Source: an uncultured Bacteroidales bacterium (GTDB taxonomy: Bacteria; Bacteroidota; Bacteroidia; Bacteroidales; GCA-2748055). From it: a stretch of DNA of 64,000 bases. Every line of letters begins with the position of its first letter. Within the stretch, counting starts at the first letter, position 1. The DNA lies in NCBI GenBank assembly GCA_963764345.1, contig CAVXSF010000009.1, positions 61,003 to 125,002 of the forward strand, written 5' to 3'. Shown here in pieces: positions 20,611 through 30,858 of the stretch. The notes beneath the pieces are model-generated. The model was not told the DNA's origin, did not search any database, and saw only the letters and a list, made by a program, of their open reading frames with translations. Position numbers and translations under genes: made by a program.

Positions 20611-21486
20611 ATGAACGCATATGTTTTTCCCGGTCAGGGAGCCCAGTTCGTAGGAATGGGAAAGGATCTTTATGACAGCAACGAGACTGCCAGGGCATTT
20701 TTCGACAAGGCTGATGATATCCTTGGTTTCCGTATCACGAAGCTGATGTTCGAAGGGACAGATGAGGATCTTCGTCAGACCCGTGTGACCCAGCCTGCCA
20801 TCTTTCTTCATTCGGTTATCCTGGCTATGACCCTGGGTACCGCTTTTCATCCTGACATGGTTGCCGGGCATTCCCTTGGTGAATTTTCAGCCCTCGTAGC
20901 TAACGGGGCATTGAGTTTTGAAGACGGGTTGAAGCTCGTGTCTAAAAGAGCCCTTGCCATGCAGAAAGCCTGTGAGAAAGAACCGTCAACCATGGCTGCC
21001 ATTCTCGGACTCGAAGATGCAGTAGTTGAAGAGGTCTGTTCCTCCATCGATGAAATAGTAGTACCGGCCAATTACAACAGTCCGGGGCAAATCGTGATTT
21101 CAGGCTCGCTGAAAGGCATCGATCTGGCTGTTGAAAAACTGACCGAAAAGGGAGCGAAAAGAGCCATAAAGCTTTCTGTTGGAGGAGCTTTTCATTCTCC
21201 CCTTATGGAACCCGCAAAAGTTGAGCTGGCCGCAGCCATTCATTCCACCCCCTTCTCAGTACCTGTTTGTCCTGTATATCAGAATGTCAACGCCAGACCT
21301 TCCACAGATCCGGATATCATCAGGAAGAACCTTGTTGACCAGCTGACATCACCTGTAAGATGGACACAGACCGTCATGAACATGATCAGTGACGGGGCAA
21401 CTTCATTCACCGAATCAGGGCCGGGAAATGTATTGCAGGGTCTGATCAAAAAGATCGATCGTACCATGACGACTATGAGTGCATGA
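20611..21486 (+). CDS. fabD: Malonyl-CoA-ACP transacylase
   Basis: FPGQGAQ, TQPAI, GHSLGE, GAFHSPLM, QL.SPVRW, GPG.VL.GL. Confidence 0.96.
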   Translation: MNAYVFPGQGAQFVGMGKDLYDSNETARAFFDKADDILGFRITKLMFEGTDEDLRQTRVTQPAIFLHSVILAMTLGTAFHPDMVAGHSLGEFSALVANGALSFEDGLKLVSKRALAMQKACEKEPSTMAAILGLEDAVVEEVCSSIDEIVVPANYNSPGQIVISGSLKGIDLAVEKLTEKGAKRAIKLSVGGAFHSPLMEPAKVELAAAIHSTPFSVPVCPVYQNVNARPSTDPDIIRKNLVDQLTSPVRWTQTVMNMISDGATSFTESGPGNVLQGLIKKIDRTMTTMSA

Positions 21487-21511
21487 ACATGCGCCCTGTA
21501 GTTTGCGTGTC

Positions 21512-21536
21512 AGGGGCTTTAGAGCCCTTTTTTTTT
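21512..21536 (+). terminator. Intrinsic terminator between fabD and thrA
   Basis: AGGGGCT-TTAG-AGCCCTT hairpin followed by a T run, 19 nt before the thrA ATG. Confidence 0.75.
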
Positions 21537-21555
21537 AACCAGTAATTCGCTGTTT

Positions 21556-23982
21556 ATGAAAGTTCTAAAATTCGGAGGCTCATCGGTTGGCTCACCTGAA
21601 GCCATTCTGAAGGTGAAAAAGATCGTGGAATCACAGGAAAGACCATGTCTGGTTGTCGTCTCTGCTTTCAAAGGCGTCACAGATCAGATCATCATGATCA
21701 GCGAGATGGCCCGTGCCCGGAATGAAGAATACGCCCGCGAAATTGAGGATATCCGGGTCCGTCATCATGAAGTGGTCGAGAAACTGATCAGTGGGAAAAA
21801 GAGAGAAATCGTCGATTCATACGTCAACCACCTGCTGAATGAATTCAAAGACCTCTTGTATGGCATTTTCCTGGTTGGTGACCTCACTCCTAAAACGCGC
21901 GACCACCTGCTGAGTTTCGGCGAAAGGCTTTCGTCCTTTATAATTACCAATGTTCTCGAATCAGCTACCTGTGTGGATATGCGTCACTTTATCAGAACCG
22001 ACAGCAATTTCGGCAGTGCGCAGGTCGATTTTGAGGTGACTAACCATACCATCCGGGAGATGATGCTGACCCAGAGCGGAATTACGGTGGTACCCGGATT
22101 TATCGCTGCCAATGAAACCGGTGATATCACAACCCTCGGGCGCGGGGGCTCAGATTATACAGCAGCCATCATCGCCGGCGCTGCTGATGCTGAAGTCCTG
22201 GAAATATGGACCGACGTGGATGGATTCATGACCGCTGATCCGCGGAAAGTCAGCAAGGCCTACGTTATTGAAAAGCTCAGCTATTCAGAAGCCCTCGAAC
22301 TTTCTCACTTTGGGGCCAAGGTTTTGTATACTCCCACCCTTCACCCCGCCTATCAGAAGAATATCCCGATATGGATCAAAAATACCTTTAATACGGATTC
22401 GCCGGGCACACTGATCTCCAGTGAAGGCGGCAACTCCACGGAAAGTCCCATCAAAGGAATCTCTTCCATCGACAGGATAGACCTGGTTACCCTTCAGGGC
22501 AGCGGACTTCCCGGTGTAACCGGAATCTCAATGCGCCTGTTTTCCGCCCTGGCCCGCAAAGATGTCAATATCATCCTAATCACCCAGGCATCATCGGAAT
22601 ATTCCATCAGCTTTGCCATCTCTCCGGAAGATACCCCGAGGGCCCTGGACTCACTCAGGCAGGAATTTCACCTCGAAGTGGAAATCAAAAATATCATTGA
22701 GATCTCCGTTGAAAAAGAATTGTCCATCATTGCTATTGTGGGGGAGAAGATGAGAAATACTCCCGGGATATCGGCCAACCTTTTTACCTCCCTGGGAAGG
22801 AACGGTATATCCGTTATTGCCACTGCCCAGGGATCATCTGAGCTGAACATATCGGTGGTTATCAGAAAGGATCTGCTGAAGAAGGCACTGAATGTCATTC
22901 ACGAGGGATTTTTCCTCTCCCATTACAAGGAACTGCATCTTTACCTTGTAGGAACAGGAAATGTTGGTCGTGACCTGCTTTCACAGATCCAGGCCCAGCA
23001 GGAGTATCTCATGAAGGAACATAACCTGAAAATTAATGTGACGGGTATTGCCAATTCGCGAAAGATGATCATCGACGGTGAAGGAATTGACCTGTCCGAT
23101 TATCAGCAAAAACTCAGCGAAGGCACCAAAATGGAACTCTGTGATTTCATCGCCACGATCGGTGAACTGAACCTGAGAAACCCCGTCTTCATAGACTGTA
23201 CGGCCAGCAATGATGTAGCCGGTCTGTACGGTCACCTTTTTGATCATTACGTGTCCGTTGTCACAGCGAATAAAATAGCCTGCTCGTCATCTTACGCTAC
23301 CTATCGTGAGCTGAAACAGAATGCCAGGAAAAAAGGGGTCCGGTTCATTTTTGAGACCAATGTCGGGGCCGGGCTTCCCATCATCAACACCATCAACGAT
23401 CTGATCAGGAGCGGCGACCGTATCCTGGCTCTCGAAGCCGTCCTTTCCGGCACACTGAACTTCATCTTCAACACTCTCAGCAGCGAGGTGCCACTGAGCC
23501 GGGCGGTTGAACTCGCACGTGAAAAAGGTTTCTCGGAACCTGACCCGAGAATCGACCTCAGCGGAACCGATGTCATGCGTAAACTACTCATCCTGTCGAG
23601 AGAATCGGGGTATACCCTGGAAGAATCCCAGATCGAGATGAAGCGCTTCCTACCTGATTCATGTTTTGCCGGGAATATTGAAGATTTCTGGGAAGAGATC
23701 CGGAAACTGGATGATTCTTTTGAAGCATCCCGGAAGAAGCTGGAGGCAAATGGTAAACGATGGCGATTTGTAGCGATCCTGGAAAACGGAAAAGGACGGG
23801 TTGAACTTCTCGAAGTAGACAAGTCTCATCCGGCTTTTGAACTGGCCGACAGTAATAATATTATCCTCATCACTACGGAGCGCTACCATGAACAGCCCAT
23901 GGTGATCCGGGGTTATGGCGCCGGTGCTGCCGTTACGGCTGCCGGCGTATTTGCTGATATCATACGCGTGGCCAACCTTTAA
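21556..23982 (+). CDS. thrA: Bifunctional aspartokinase / homoserine dehydrogenase
   Basis: KFGGSS, TLGRGGSD, two ACT domains, G.GNVG, ETNVGAGLP, EPDPR.DLSG.D, GAGA.VTA.GV. Confidence 0.97.
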   Translation: MKVLKFGGSSVGSPEAILKVKKIVESQERPCLVVVSAFKGVTDQIIMISEMARARNEEYAREIEDIRVRHHEVVEKLISGKKREIVDSYVNHLLNEFKDLLYGIFLVGDLTPKTRDHLLSFGERLSSFIITNVLESATCVDMRHFIRTDSNFGSAQVDFEVTNHTIREMMLTQSGITVVPGFIAANETGDITTLGRGGSDYTAAIIAGAADAEVLEIWTDVDGFMTADPRKVSKAYVIEKLSYSEALELSHFGAKVLYTPTLHPAYQKNIPIWIKNTFNTDSPGTLISSEGGNSTESPIKGISSIDRIDLVTLQGSGLPGVTGISMRLFSALARKDVNIILITQASSEYSISFAISPEDTPRALDSLRQEFHLEVEIKNIIEISVEKELSIIAIVGEKMRNTPGISANLFTSLGRNGISVIATAQGSSELNISVVIRKDLLKKALNVIHEGFFLSHYKELHLYLVGTGNVGRDLLSQIQAQQEYLMKEHNLKINVTGIANSRKMIIDGEGIDLSDYQQKLSEGTKMELCDFIATIGELNLRNPVFIDCTASNDVAGLYGHLFDHYVSVVTANKIACSSSYATYRELKQNARKKGVRFIFETNVGAGLPIINTINDLIRSGDRILALEAVLSGTLNFIFNTLSSEVPLSRAVELAREKGFSEPDPRIDLSGTDVMRKLLILSRESGYTLEESQIEMKRFLPDSCFAGNIEDFWEEIRKLDDSFEASRKKLEANGKRWRFVAILENGKGRVELLEVDKSHPAFELADSNNIILITTERYHEQPMVIRGYGAGAAVTAAGVFADIIRVANL

Positions 23983-23991
23983 ACTTGTCTT

Positions 23992-24663
23992 ATGATACAG
24001 AGCGTCATATTTGATATGGACGGATTGTTGATCGATACCGAACCCTTCTGGCAGGAAACGGAAAAAATGGTATTTGGGAAACGTGGCATTACCATCACCC
24101 CTGAGATGCAGCGGGCGACACTCGGACTGCGTACTGACGAACAGATCCGTTACTGGTACAACCGCTATCCATGGCCTGATCCCGACTTTAAAAGCATGGA
24201 AAATGAGTATGATGATCTGGTCCTGGGATTTTTTAAAGACGGCGCTAAACTAATGGAGGGAGCTGAATATATCCTCAACCTGTTTTCTTCCAGCGGACTT
24301 AAAATGGCTCTTGCCTCATCTTCATCCATGCTGCTGATCGATACTTTTGTCGACCGCTTCCACCTGAGGAAATATTTCGATCTGCTGTATTCTGCTGAGC
24401 ATGAAGATCATGGCAAACCGCATCCGGCTGTGTACTTGTCCACCGCTGCCCTTCTCAGTACGCATCCCTCAAGGTGCCTGGCCTTTGAGGATTCCCTGAT
24501 CGGGCTTATTGCCGCCAGGGCAGCAATGATGCAGGTGGTGGCTGTGCCCGACGACGATCACTTCGATGACCCGGGATATGGACTGGCTCACATCAAGCTA
24601 AAGAACCTGCTCGAATTTGATCTTACTCTCTTAGATGTCCTTGACGGACTATACGATAAATAA
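23992..24663 (+). CDS. HAD family phosphatase (HxpB/YniC-like)
   Basis: FDMDGLLIDTEP.W, ASSS, GKPHPAVY, AFEDS..G. Confidence 0.88.
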   Translation: MIQSVIFDMDGLLIDTEPFWQETEKMVFGKRGITITPEMQRATLGLRTDEQIRYWYNRYPWPDPDFKSMENEYDDLVLGFFKDGAKLMEGAEYILNLFSSSGLKMALASSSSMLLIDTFVDRFHLRKYFDLLYSAEHEDHGKPHPAVYLSTAALLSTHPSRCLAFEDSLIGLIAARAAMMQVVAVPDDDHFDDPGYGLAHIKLKNLLEFDLTLLDVLDGLYDK

Positions 24664-24670
24664 CTGACCT

Positions 24671-25600
24671 ATGAAAAAATCTGTGCGGGTATTCGCTCCC
24701 GCTACCATCTCAAATGTTGGCCCGGGTTTCGACCTGATGGGTTTTGCGATTGATCAGCCGGGCGATATCCTGCGTGTGGAGGAGAATGATTCAGGGAAAA
24801 TCAACATAATAAATCAGGCCGGATGCTGCCTGCCCACCGATCCGGAAAAAAATGTAGCTTCCGTGGCTGTGAGAGCACTTCTTGATGATCTCCACTCCAG
24901 TAAAGGCTTTGACCTGGTCTTCGAACAGAAAATCAATCCCGGCTCTGGCATCGGCTCGAGTGCGGCAAGCTGTGCCGCAGCAGTATTCGGCGTCAATGAA
25001 CTTCTTGGACGGCCTCTGAGCATCTATGAGCTCATCCCTCCTGCCTTGAAGGGTGAATTCATCGCAAGTGGAAGTATTCATGCCGACAATATCGCTCCTG
25101 CCCTGCTGGGCGGTTTTGTCCTGATCAGGGATTACGACCCGATCGATGTGATCAGTCTGAAAGCTCCTGAATCTCTGGTTTGTACAGTAGTACACCCCGA
25201 CATTGAGATAAAAACATCGGAAAGCCGGCGCCTGATCCCTACAGAAATGCCCCTGAGAAAAACCCTGCAGCAGTGTGGAAATATCGCAGGACTGATAGCT
25301 GGTATCACCACTTCCGATTATAAGCTTATCGGCAGGTCACTCGAAGATGTTATTGCAGAACCTGTGCGGGCCTGCCAGATACCCGGATACGCCGACCTGA
25401 AAAAGAAGGTCATCGACGCCGGTGCCCTGGGAGCCAATATTTCCGGCTCAGGGCCCTCTGTATTTGCTTTCAGCCAGGACTTCACTCTGGCCAACAAGCT
25501 GGCCGGTCTGATGCATGCCTTTTTTAATGAGCTGAATATCAGTAACCGGACCTATGTCTCACTGATTTCACCATACGGAACCCGTCTTCTGGATTCCTGA
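24671..25600 (+). CDS. thrB: Homoserine kinase
   Basis: PAT.SNVGPGFD, PGSGIGSSAAS, HADN..PA, SGSGPS. Confidence 0.95.
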   Translation: MKKSVRVFAPATISNVGPGFDLMGFAIDQPGDILRVEENDSGKINIINQAGCCLPTDPEKNVASVAVRALLDDLHSSKGFDLVFEQKINPGSGIGSSAASCAAAVFGVNELLGRPLSIYELIPPALKGEFIASGSIHADNIAPALLGGFVLIRDYDPIDVISLKAPESLVCTVVHPDIEIKTSESRRLIPTEMPLRKTLQQCGNIAGLIAGITTSDYKLIGRSLEDVIAEPVRACQIPGYADLKKKVIDAGALGANISGSGPSVFAFSQDFTLANKLAGLMHAFFNELNISNRTYVSLISPYGTRLLDS

Positions 25601-25637
25601 TAAAAAATAAGTCTGACCGAAAAGAAAAAGATCCGGC

Positions 25638-26942
25638 ATGAAATATTACAGTACATACGACCGAAATCTGAAAGTCGGGCTGCAGGAAGCAGTCTTCAAG
25701 GGACTCGCCAGGGACGGCGGATTGTATATGCCTGAAGCCCTACCCCATGTACCCGGGAAATTTCTGGAGCAGATCGACGGTCATGATCTTCAGGATATCG
25801 CTGTATTCCTGAGCAAGCTTCTCTTCGGTGAAGATATTGACGAAACAGATCTCGTGGAGATAGCCTCCGGTGCTGTGAATTTTACCACACCACTGGTACA
25901 GGTATCAGAAAAAATCAGTACCCTCGAACTGTTCCACGGACCTACCCTGGCCTTTAAGGATATCGGAGCACGGTTCATGGCCCGGATGCTCGGATATTTC
26001 ACACGAGACTACGACCGTGAAATTCATGTCCTTGTCGCCACTTCAGGTGACACCGGCAGCGCTGTGGCAAATGGATTTCTCGGTGTGCACGGCGTCAGGG
26101 TTCATATCCTCTACCCGAAAGGACTGGTAAGCCGTGTACAGGAAAAACAATTCACCACCCTCGGGGAAAACATTACTGCCCTGGAAATTGACGGTAGTTT
26201 CGACGATTGCCAGAAATTGGTAAAGACAGCTTTCTCCGATAAAACACTTCCTGAAAAGCTGACCCTTACTTCGGCCAATTCCATAAACCTGGCAAGGCTT
26301 CTGCCGCAAACATTTTACTATTTCGATGCCTGGCGGCAGCTTACCATGAAAACGAACCTTGTTTTCTGCGTTCCCAGCGGTAATTTCGGCAACCTCACCG
26401 CCGGACTTATTGCAGCAAGGATGGGCCTTCCTGTTTCACACTTCATAGCTGCAACCAACGTCAACGACATTGTCCCGGAATACCTCCGGACCGGAATATT
26501 CAAACCACGGCCATCAGTTGCTACGGTCGCTAACGCCATGGACGTTGGGAATCCTTCAAATTTCGCACGCATCCTTGACCTTTTCGATCATTCCCATTCT
26601 GCCATTGCCGATGCCATCAGCGGCTTTGCCTGTACCGACGACCAGATCAGAGAGACCATAGGGAGAGTAAGAAAAGAAACCGGATATTTACCCGATCCAC
26701 ACGGCGCCTCCGGGTACCTGGCTGCAGAGCATTACCTGGCAAACCACCCCGAAGCCAATATCATCTTCCTCGAAACGGCACATCCTGCCAAATTCATGGA
26801 AACGGTCTCAGAATCAACCGGTGAGAAGATCGCCATGCCTGAAAAACTTAAAAAATTTGAAGACCGGGAAAAGAAGACTATATTGTTGTCACACAAATAT
26901 GAGGATTTCAAAGCTTACCTCATGAGCCTGATCCGGAATTAA
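25638..26942 (+). CDS. thrC: Threonine synthase
   Basis: GLA.DGGLY.P, ELFHGPTLAFKD, ATSGDTG, NSIN.AR, PSGNFG, TAHPAKF. Confidence 0.96.
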   Translation: MKYYSTYDRNLKVGLQEAVFKGLARDGGLYMPEALPHVPGKFLEQIDGHDLQDIAVFLSKLLFGEDIDETDLVEIASGAVNFTTPLVQVSEKISTLELFHGPTLAFKDIGARFMARMLGYFTRDYDREIHVLVATSGDTGSAVANGFLGVHGVRVHILYPKGLVSRVQEKQFTTLGENITALEIDGSFDDCQKLVKTAFSDKTLPEKLTLTSANSINLARLLPQTFYYFDAWRQLTMKTNLVFCVPSGNFGNLTAGLIAARMGLPVSHFIAATNVNDIVPEYLRTGIFKPRPSVATVANAMDVGNPSNFARILDLFDHSHSAIADAISGFACTDDQIRETIGRVRKETGYLPDPHGASGYLAAEHYLANHPEANIIFLETAHPAKFMETVSESTGEKIAMPEKLKKFEDREKKTILLSHKYEDFKAYLMSLIRN

Positions 26943-26953
26943 CCCGCAGAACT

Positions 26954-29401
26954 ATGAAACGAAAATATGTTTACCTTCTTCTGATTTCAATCTTTCTGTT
27001 CCCTGCATGTACAAAACACAGCAGAAATATTACGGACAACAACAGCAGGCTTTGGTATACATACCCAGCTAAGTACTGGAACAGCCAGGCATTGCATATT
27101 GGTAACGGTTATATGGGGGCTACCTTTTTCGGTGGTATTCAGCATGAAGTCATCACTTTTACCGAAGCCAGCATGTGGACAGGCGAACCTGCAGAAGGAG
27201 ATTGGGAAAAGGACGGGGTAAATCCCAAAGCCCGGGAAGTGCTTCCAATTATCCGAAACGCGATAGTAAATGGCAAGACGCACCTGGCCGACAGTCTCGT
27301 TCAAAACGATTTCTTCGGGAAGTCAGATATATTCGGCTATTTTACCAGTATCGGAGAACTGAACCTCGATTTTTTGGGACAGGATGATACGGCCACAAAC
27401 TATGTCCGTGAGCTCGACCTCGCCAATTCACTCGGGAAAATCAGCTATACTTCCGGCGGAGTAACCTACCGGAGGGAATATTTCTGTTCTTACCCCGACC
27501 GGGTGGTCGCCTTAAAGTTCTCTTCGGATAAGCCGGGCAGTATCAGTTTTGACCTTGGCATTCACATTATCCAGGATTCATCTGTTACGGTCATTAACGG
27601 TAACACACTTGAGGTAAAAGGCCTTATCGATGGAAATCATCGGCCGTTTGATGTCCTCCTGACCGTAAAAAATACAGGGGGCTCTGTCGGCATGCATGAT
27701 GGAAAACTTGCCGTTCGCAATGCCGGCTCAGCCGTGATTTATTTCACCGCCGCCACAAATTACAAGATGGCTTATCCTGATTATACCGGCGAGGATCCTG
27801 TTAGTGTAAACCAAAGGATCATGAAAAATGTGATCTCACAGGATTATGAATCCCTGAAAAAGAAACACATCAGTGATTACAAATCCCTGTTTGACAGGGT
27901 TAAGTTACAAATCAGCGGCAACGCCGAAGTAGAAAGTCTGCCGGTAAATGAACGGTATCAGCGTCTTAAAGCCGGAGGGAGCGATCCGGGATATAAGGTA
28001 CTGGCTTTTAATCTTGGCCGGTATATGATCATCAGTTCCTCCAGGCCGGGAACGCTGCCGGCTAACCTCCAGGGAGTCTGGAACAACTTTAAGTCTGCCC
28101 CGTGGGCCGGCAACTACCAGAGCAATATCAATTTGCAGGAGATATACTGGTCATGTGGTCCTGTTAATCTCCCCGAATGCCAGCAGGCGTATATCGACTG
28201 GATTAAAGACCTGGCAGTTCCGGGGCATGAGATTGCACGGCTTTGTTACGGTACCGACGGATGGGTCAGCCATACGACCGGAAACATCTGGGGACATGCT
28301 GCACCAGAGGGAGGCATCAGGTACGGGATGTACGCTGTTGGCGCTGCATGGCACTGTCAACATGTCTGGGAACAGTTTGCCTTTACTCAGGACACAGCCT
28401 ATCTGAGAAAAGAAGCCTATCCCCTGCTCAGGGATGCCTCGGTCTTCTGGCTTGAAAATCTGGTCCCTTTCCATGGATACCTCATCAGTGCTCCTGCCGT
28501 TTCAGCCGAACACGGGGCATTATTGACCAAACACGGGCTGGACCCTGCCTTTCATGATAATCGCAGTCAGGATTACCGGTATAACATTCCGGGAGTCTAC
28601 CAGGATGTTGAGATGATTCACGAGCTCTTTACCAATACGGCACAAGCTGCTTCAATCATGGGAGACCAAACATTTGCAGATTCCCTGCTAAGGGTCAGGG
28701 ATAAGCTTCTTCCCTTAAAAATCGGGAAATACGGTCAGCTTCAGGAGTGGTACGAAGATATCGACAGCCCGGAATGCCATCACAGGCATATAGCCCACCT
28801 GTTTGCCGTTTACCCGGGAACCATGATCTCACCCTCAACTACGCCTGAGCTGGCTAAAGCTGCAGAAACCGCTTTAAATTTCCGCGGCGACGGCCGTTTT
28901 CCGGAACAGGAATCGGTGTCGGGCGGTAACTGGGCCAGGGCTCACCGTATGTGGTGCTGGACCAGGCTCCTGGACGGCGACAGGGCTGATTCGATCATGA
29001 CAGGCCTGCTCACGGAAGAAGGGTTTGAAAATGTGCTGACATTTCAGCATATTGGATACGACTGGGGAAGACCGGAATATTACAATGAAGGAGACAGTAT
29101 TTACTGTCATTTTCAGCTGGATGCTTCCGCCTCCCTGCCGGGCTGTATCGCTGAAATGCTGCTCCAGTCGCAACATGGTGATATACGCCTGTTACCTGCT
29201 CTTCCCGGAGAATTCGGCACAGGTGAAGTCAAAGGACTTAAGGCAAGAGGAAATTATACGGTGAACATAACCTGGAAAAACGGCGAACTCGTCCACGCCG
29301 ACATCATCTGTCCTGAAAAAAGTCCGGTGCCCGCGATCTGGGTTAAAAACAAACCGGTTGACCCGGCTAAGTCTGACAAAATTGAAATAATAAAAATGTA
29401 A
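26954..29401 (+). CDS. Glycoside hydrolase family 95 (alpha-L-fucosidase/galactosidase-like), putative lipoprotein
   Basis: L.IGNG..GA, Y.RELDL, GRY..ISSSR.G..PANLQG.W, NINLQ..YW, HRH..HL, FQLD, EMLLQS, LLPALP, GLKARG. Confidence 0.9.
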   Translation: MKRKYVYLLLISIFLFPACTKHSRNITDNNSRLWYTYPAKYWNSQALHIGNGYMGATFFGGIQHEVITFTEASMWTGEPAEGDWEKDGVNPKAREVLPIIRNAIVNGKTHLADSLVQNDFFGKSDIFGYFTSIGELNLDFLGQDDTATNYVRELDLANSLGKISYTSGGVTYRREYFCSYPDRVVALKFSSDKPGSISFDLGIHIIQDSSVTVINGNTLEVKGLIDGNHRPFDVLLTVKNTGGSVGMHDGKLAVRNAGSAVIYFTAATNYKMAYPDYTGEDPVSVNQRIMKNVISQDYESLKKKHISDYKSLFDRVKLQISGNAEVESLPVNERYQRLKAGGSDPGYKVLAFNLGRYMIISSSRPGTLPANLQGVWNNFKSAPWAGNYQSNINLQEIYWSCGPVNLPECQQAYIDWIKDLAVPGHEIARLCYGTDGWVSHTTGNIWGHAAPEGGIRYGMYAVGAAWHCQHVWEQFAFTQDTAYLRKEAYPLLRDASVFWLENLVPFHGYLISAPAVSAEHGALLTKHGLDPAFHDNRSQDYRYNIPGVYQDVEMIHELFTNTAQAASIMGDQTFADSLLRVRDKLLPLKIGKYGQLQEWYEDIDSPECHHRHIAHLFAVYPGTMISPSTTPELAKAAETALNFRGDGRFPEQESVSGGNWARAHRMWCWTRLLDGDRADSIMTGLLTEEGFENVLTFQHIGYDWGRPEYYNEGDSIYCHFQLDASASLPGCIAEMLLQSQHGDIRLLPALPGEFGTGEVKGLKARGNYTVNITWKNGELVHADIICPEKSPVPAIWVKNKPVDPAKSDKIEIIKM

Positions 29402-29449
29402 CCGGAGATCTGATGTGTCACCAGATTTTCGTAGACAGAAAAGAACACT

Positions 29450-29457
29450 TATTTTTG
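29450..29457 (+). promoter_or_regulatory. Candidate sigma-A -7 element (TATTTTTG)
   Basis: TAnnTTTG match about 30 nt upstream of the esterase ATG. Confidence 0.4.
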
Positions 29458-29485
29458 TATACTTAACAATCTGTTCATTACTATC

Positions 29486-30382
29486 ATGAAAATAACATCA
29501 GTAATATTCGCAGCTACCCTGTTATTGTTTACAGGGATCACATCTGCCAGTGCCCAGGAAACTAAAACCGAAGTAAAAATCGACCCTGCTTACGGGAAAC
29601 TGGAGACCGTGCACAGTGCAGCTATGAACCGGGACCTTCCGGTGTTGGTGTTTCTTCCTTCAGATTACGCCACTAGCGACAACTCCTATCCTGTCATCTA
29701 TTTTCTGCACGGCACCAATAATCAGCCGTTAACTGAGAAAGGGTTGCGAACCCTCTATAACCCGGGATTGAAAATAAAGGAGATGACCGATATTTTTCAT
29801 GTGATCATTGTTACTCCCATCGTTGGCAACAGCTACTATATGGACTCACCAGTAAAACCGGAGAACCGGTTTGCCACGTATGTTGGAAAAGAAGTGCCTG
29901 CTTTTATAGATACGCATTACCGCACTCAGAAGAACCGCGACGGTCGTATCCTGGCCGGCTTCAGCATGGGTGGATATGGAGCCGTAAGCCTGTTGTGCCG
30001 TTATCCCGACGATTTTTCCGTAGCATTGGAACGGTCGGGCGTGCTTAACCTGGCAACTTCAATCGAAGACCTGGACTGGGACAATACGGGTGAGCTTGAT
30101 GATATTTTGGGAAACTACTGGACTAACAGAGAAAATTATCACCTCAACAGCTGCTTCAACCTTATCAATCATATACGCAACCGGAAAGATGTGGCCATTG
30201 TCATGGAGATCGGACGCGACGATTTCCTGTATAAGACCAACTTTGATTTCCATGAACGGCTTGTCAACCTGGGCTTTAAACACATCTATGCTGAGTACCC
30301 GGGTGGCCATTATCTTGACAGCAATGTACTGATGAGCCTGTTCAGCCAGCTACAGTATTTCAGGCCGACAATGAAGAACTGA
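29486..30382 (+). CDS. Secreted alpha/beta-hydrolase esterase (CE1/antigen-85-like)
   Basis: Signal peptide, YPVIYFLHG, nucleophile elbow GFSMGG, G..D, PGGH. Confidence 0.88.
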   Translation: MKITSVIFAATLLLFTGITSASAQETKTEVKIDPAYGKLETVHSAAMNRDLPVLVFLPSDYATSDNSYPVIYFLHGTNNQPLTEKGLRTLYNPGLKIKEMTDIFHVIIVTPIVGNSYYMDSPVKPENRFATYVGKEVPAFIDTHYRTQKNRDGRILAGFSMGGYGAVSLLCRYPDDFSVALERSGVLNLATSIEDLDWDNTGELDDILGNYWTNRENYHLNSCFNLINHIRNRKDVAIVMEIGRDDFLYKTNFDFHERLVNLGFKHIYAEYPGGHYLDSNVLMSLFSQLQYFRPTMKN

Positions 30383-30858
30383 TACAATAAAGGGAACCTG
30401 CGAAGTCAGCGTGAACAATCCCTTACTGATCTTCCCTGAGGGCCAGTGAGCAGAAATTGAAAAGGATTTCCCGGGAATCTGTCAGAAAATGTCAGACTTC
30501 TTTAACACATAATACATTGTTAAACAGGTATTTATAAAGTTTTGCAGCCTTTGCTTCAGTGGGAAAAGCAAACCTGTTGTCCTGCTGAAAAAATGATTTC
30601 CTCATACACAGTCCGTATTTACAATACATCAGAAACACAGATGCAGTACATGATGATCGGGATATAAACCGATCCACGGGATCAATAATTAACCGTTGCG
30701 GGGGATTCCGTGTGGAACACCTTCTTCTGACCATGTAATGAATTATTTGTCAATATTTTGTAAAACATGTACCTTTTTAAAAAAAAACATTTTAAAACAT
30801 GTTTTCAAATATTGAATATTTCTAAATTGCACTAAACCAAAAACATAACCAACCTAAG

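Noticed and set aside
30492-30734. 80-aa intergenic ORF (likewise 41761-42018 and 59199-59417)
   Set aside because: No motif or signal peptide, atypical composition, and they overlap promoter or terminator regions.
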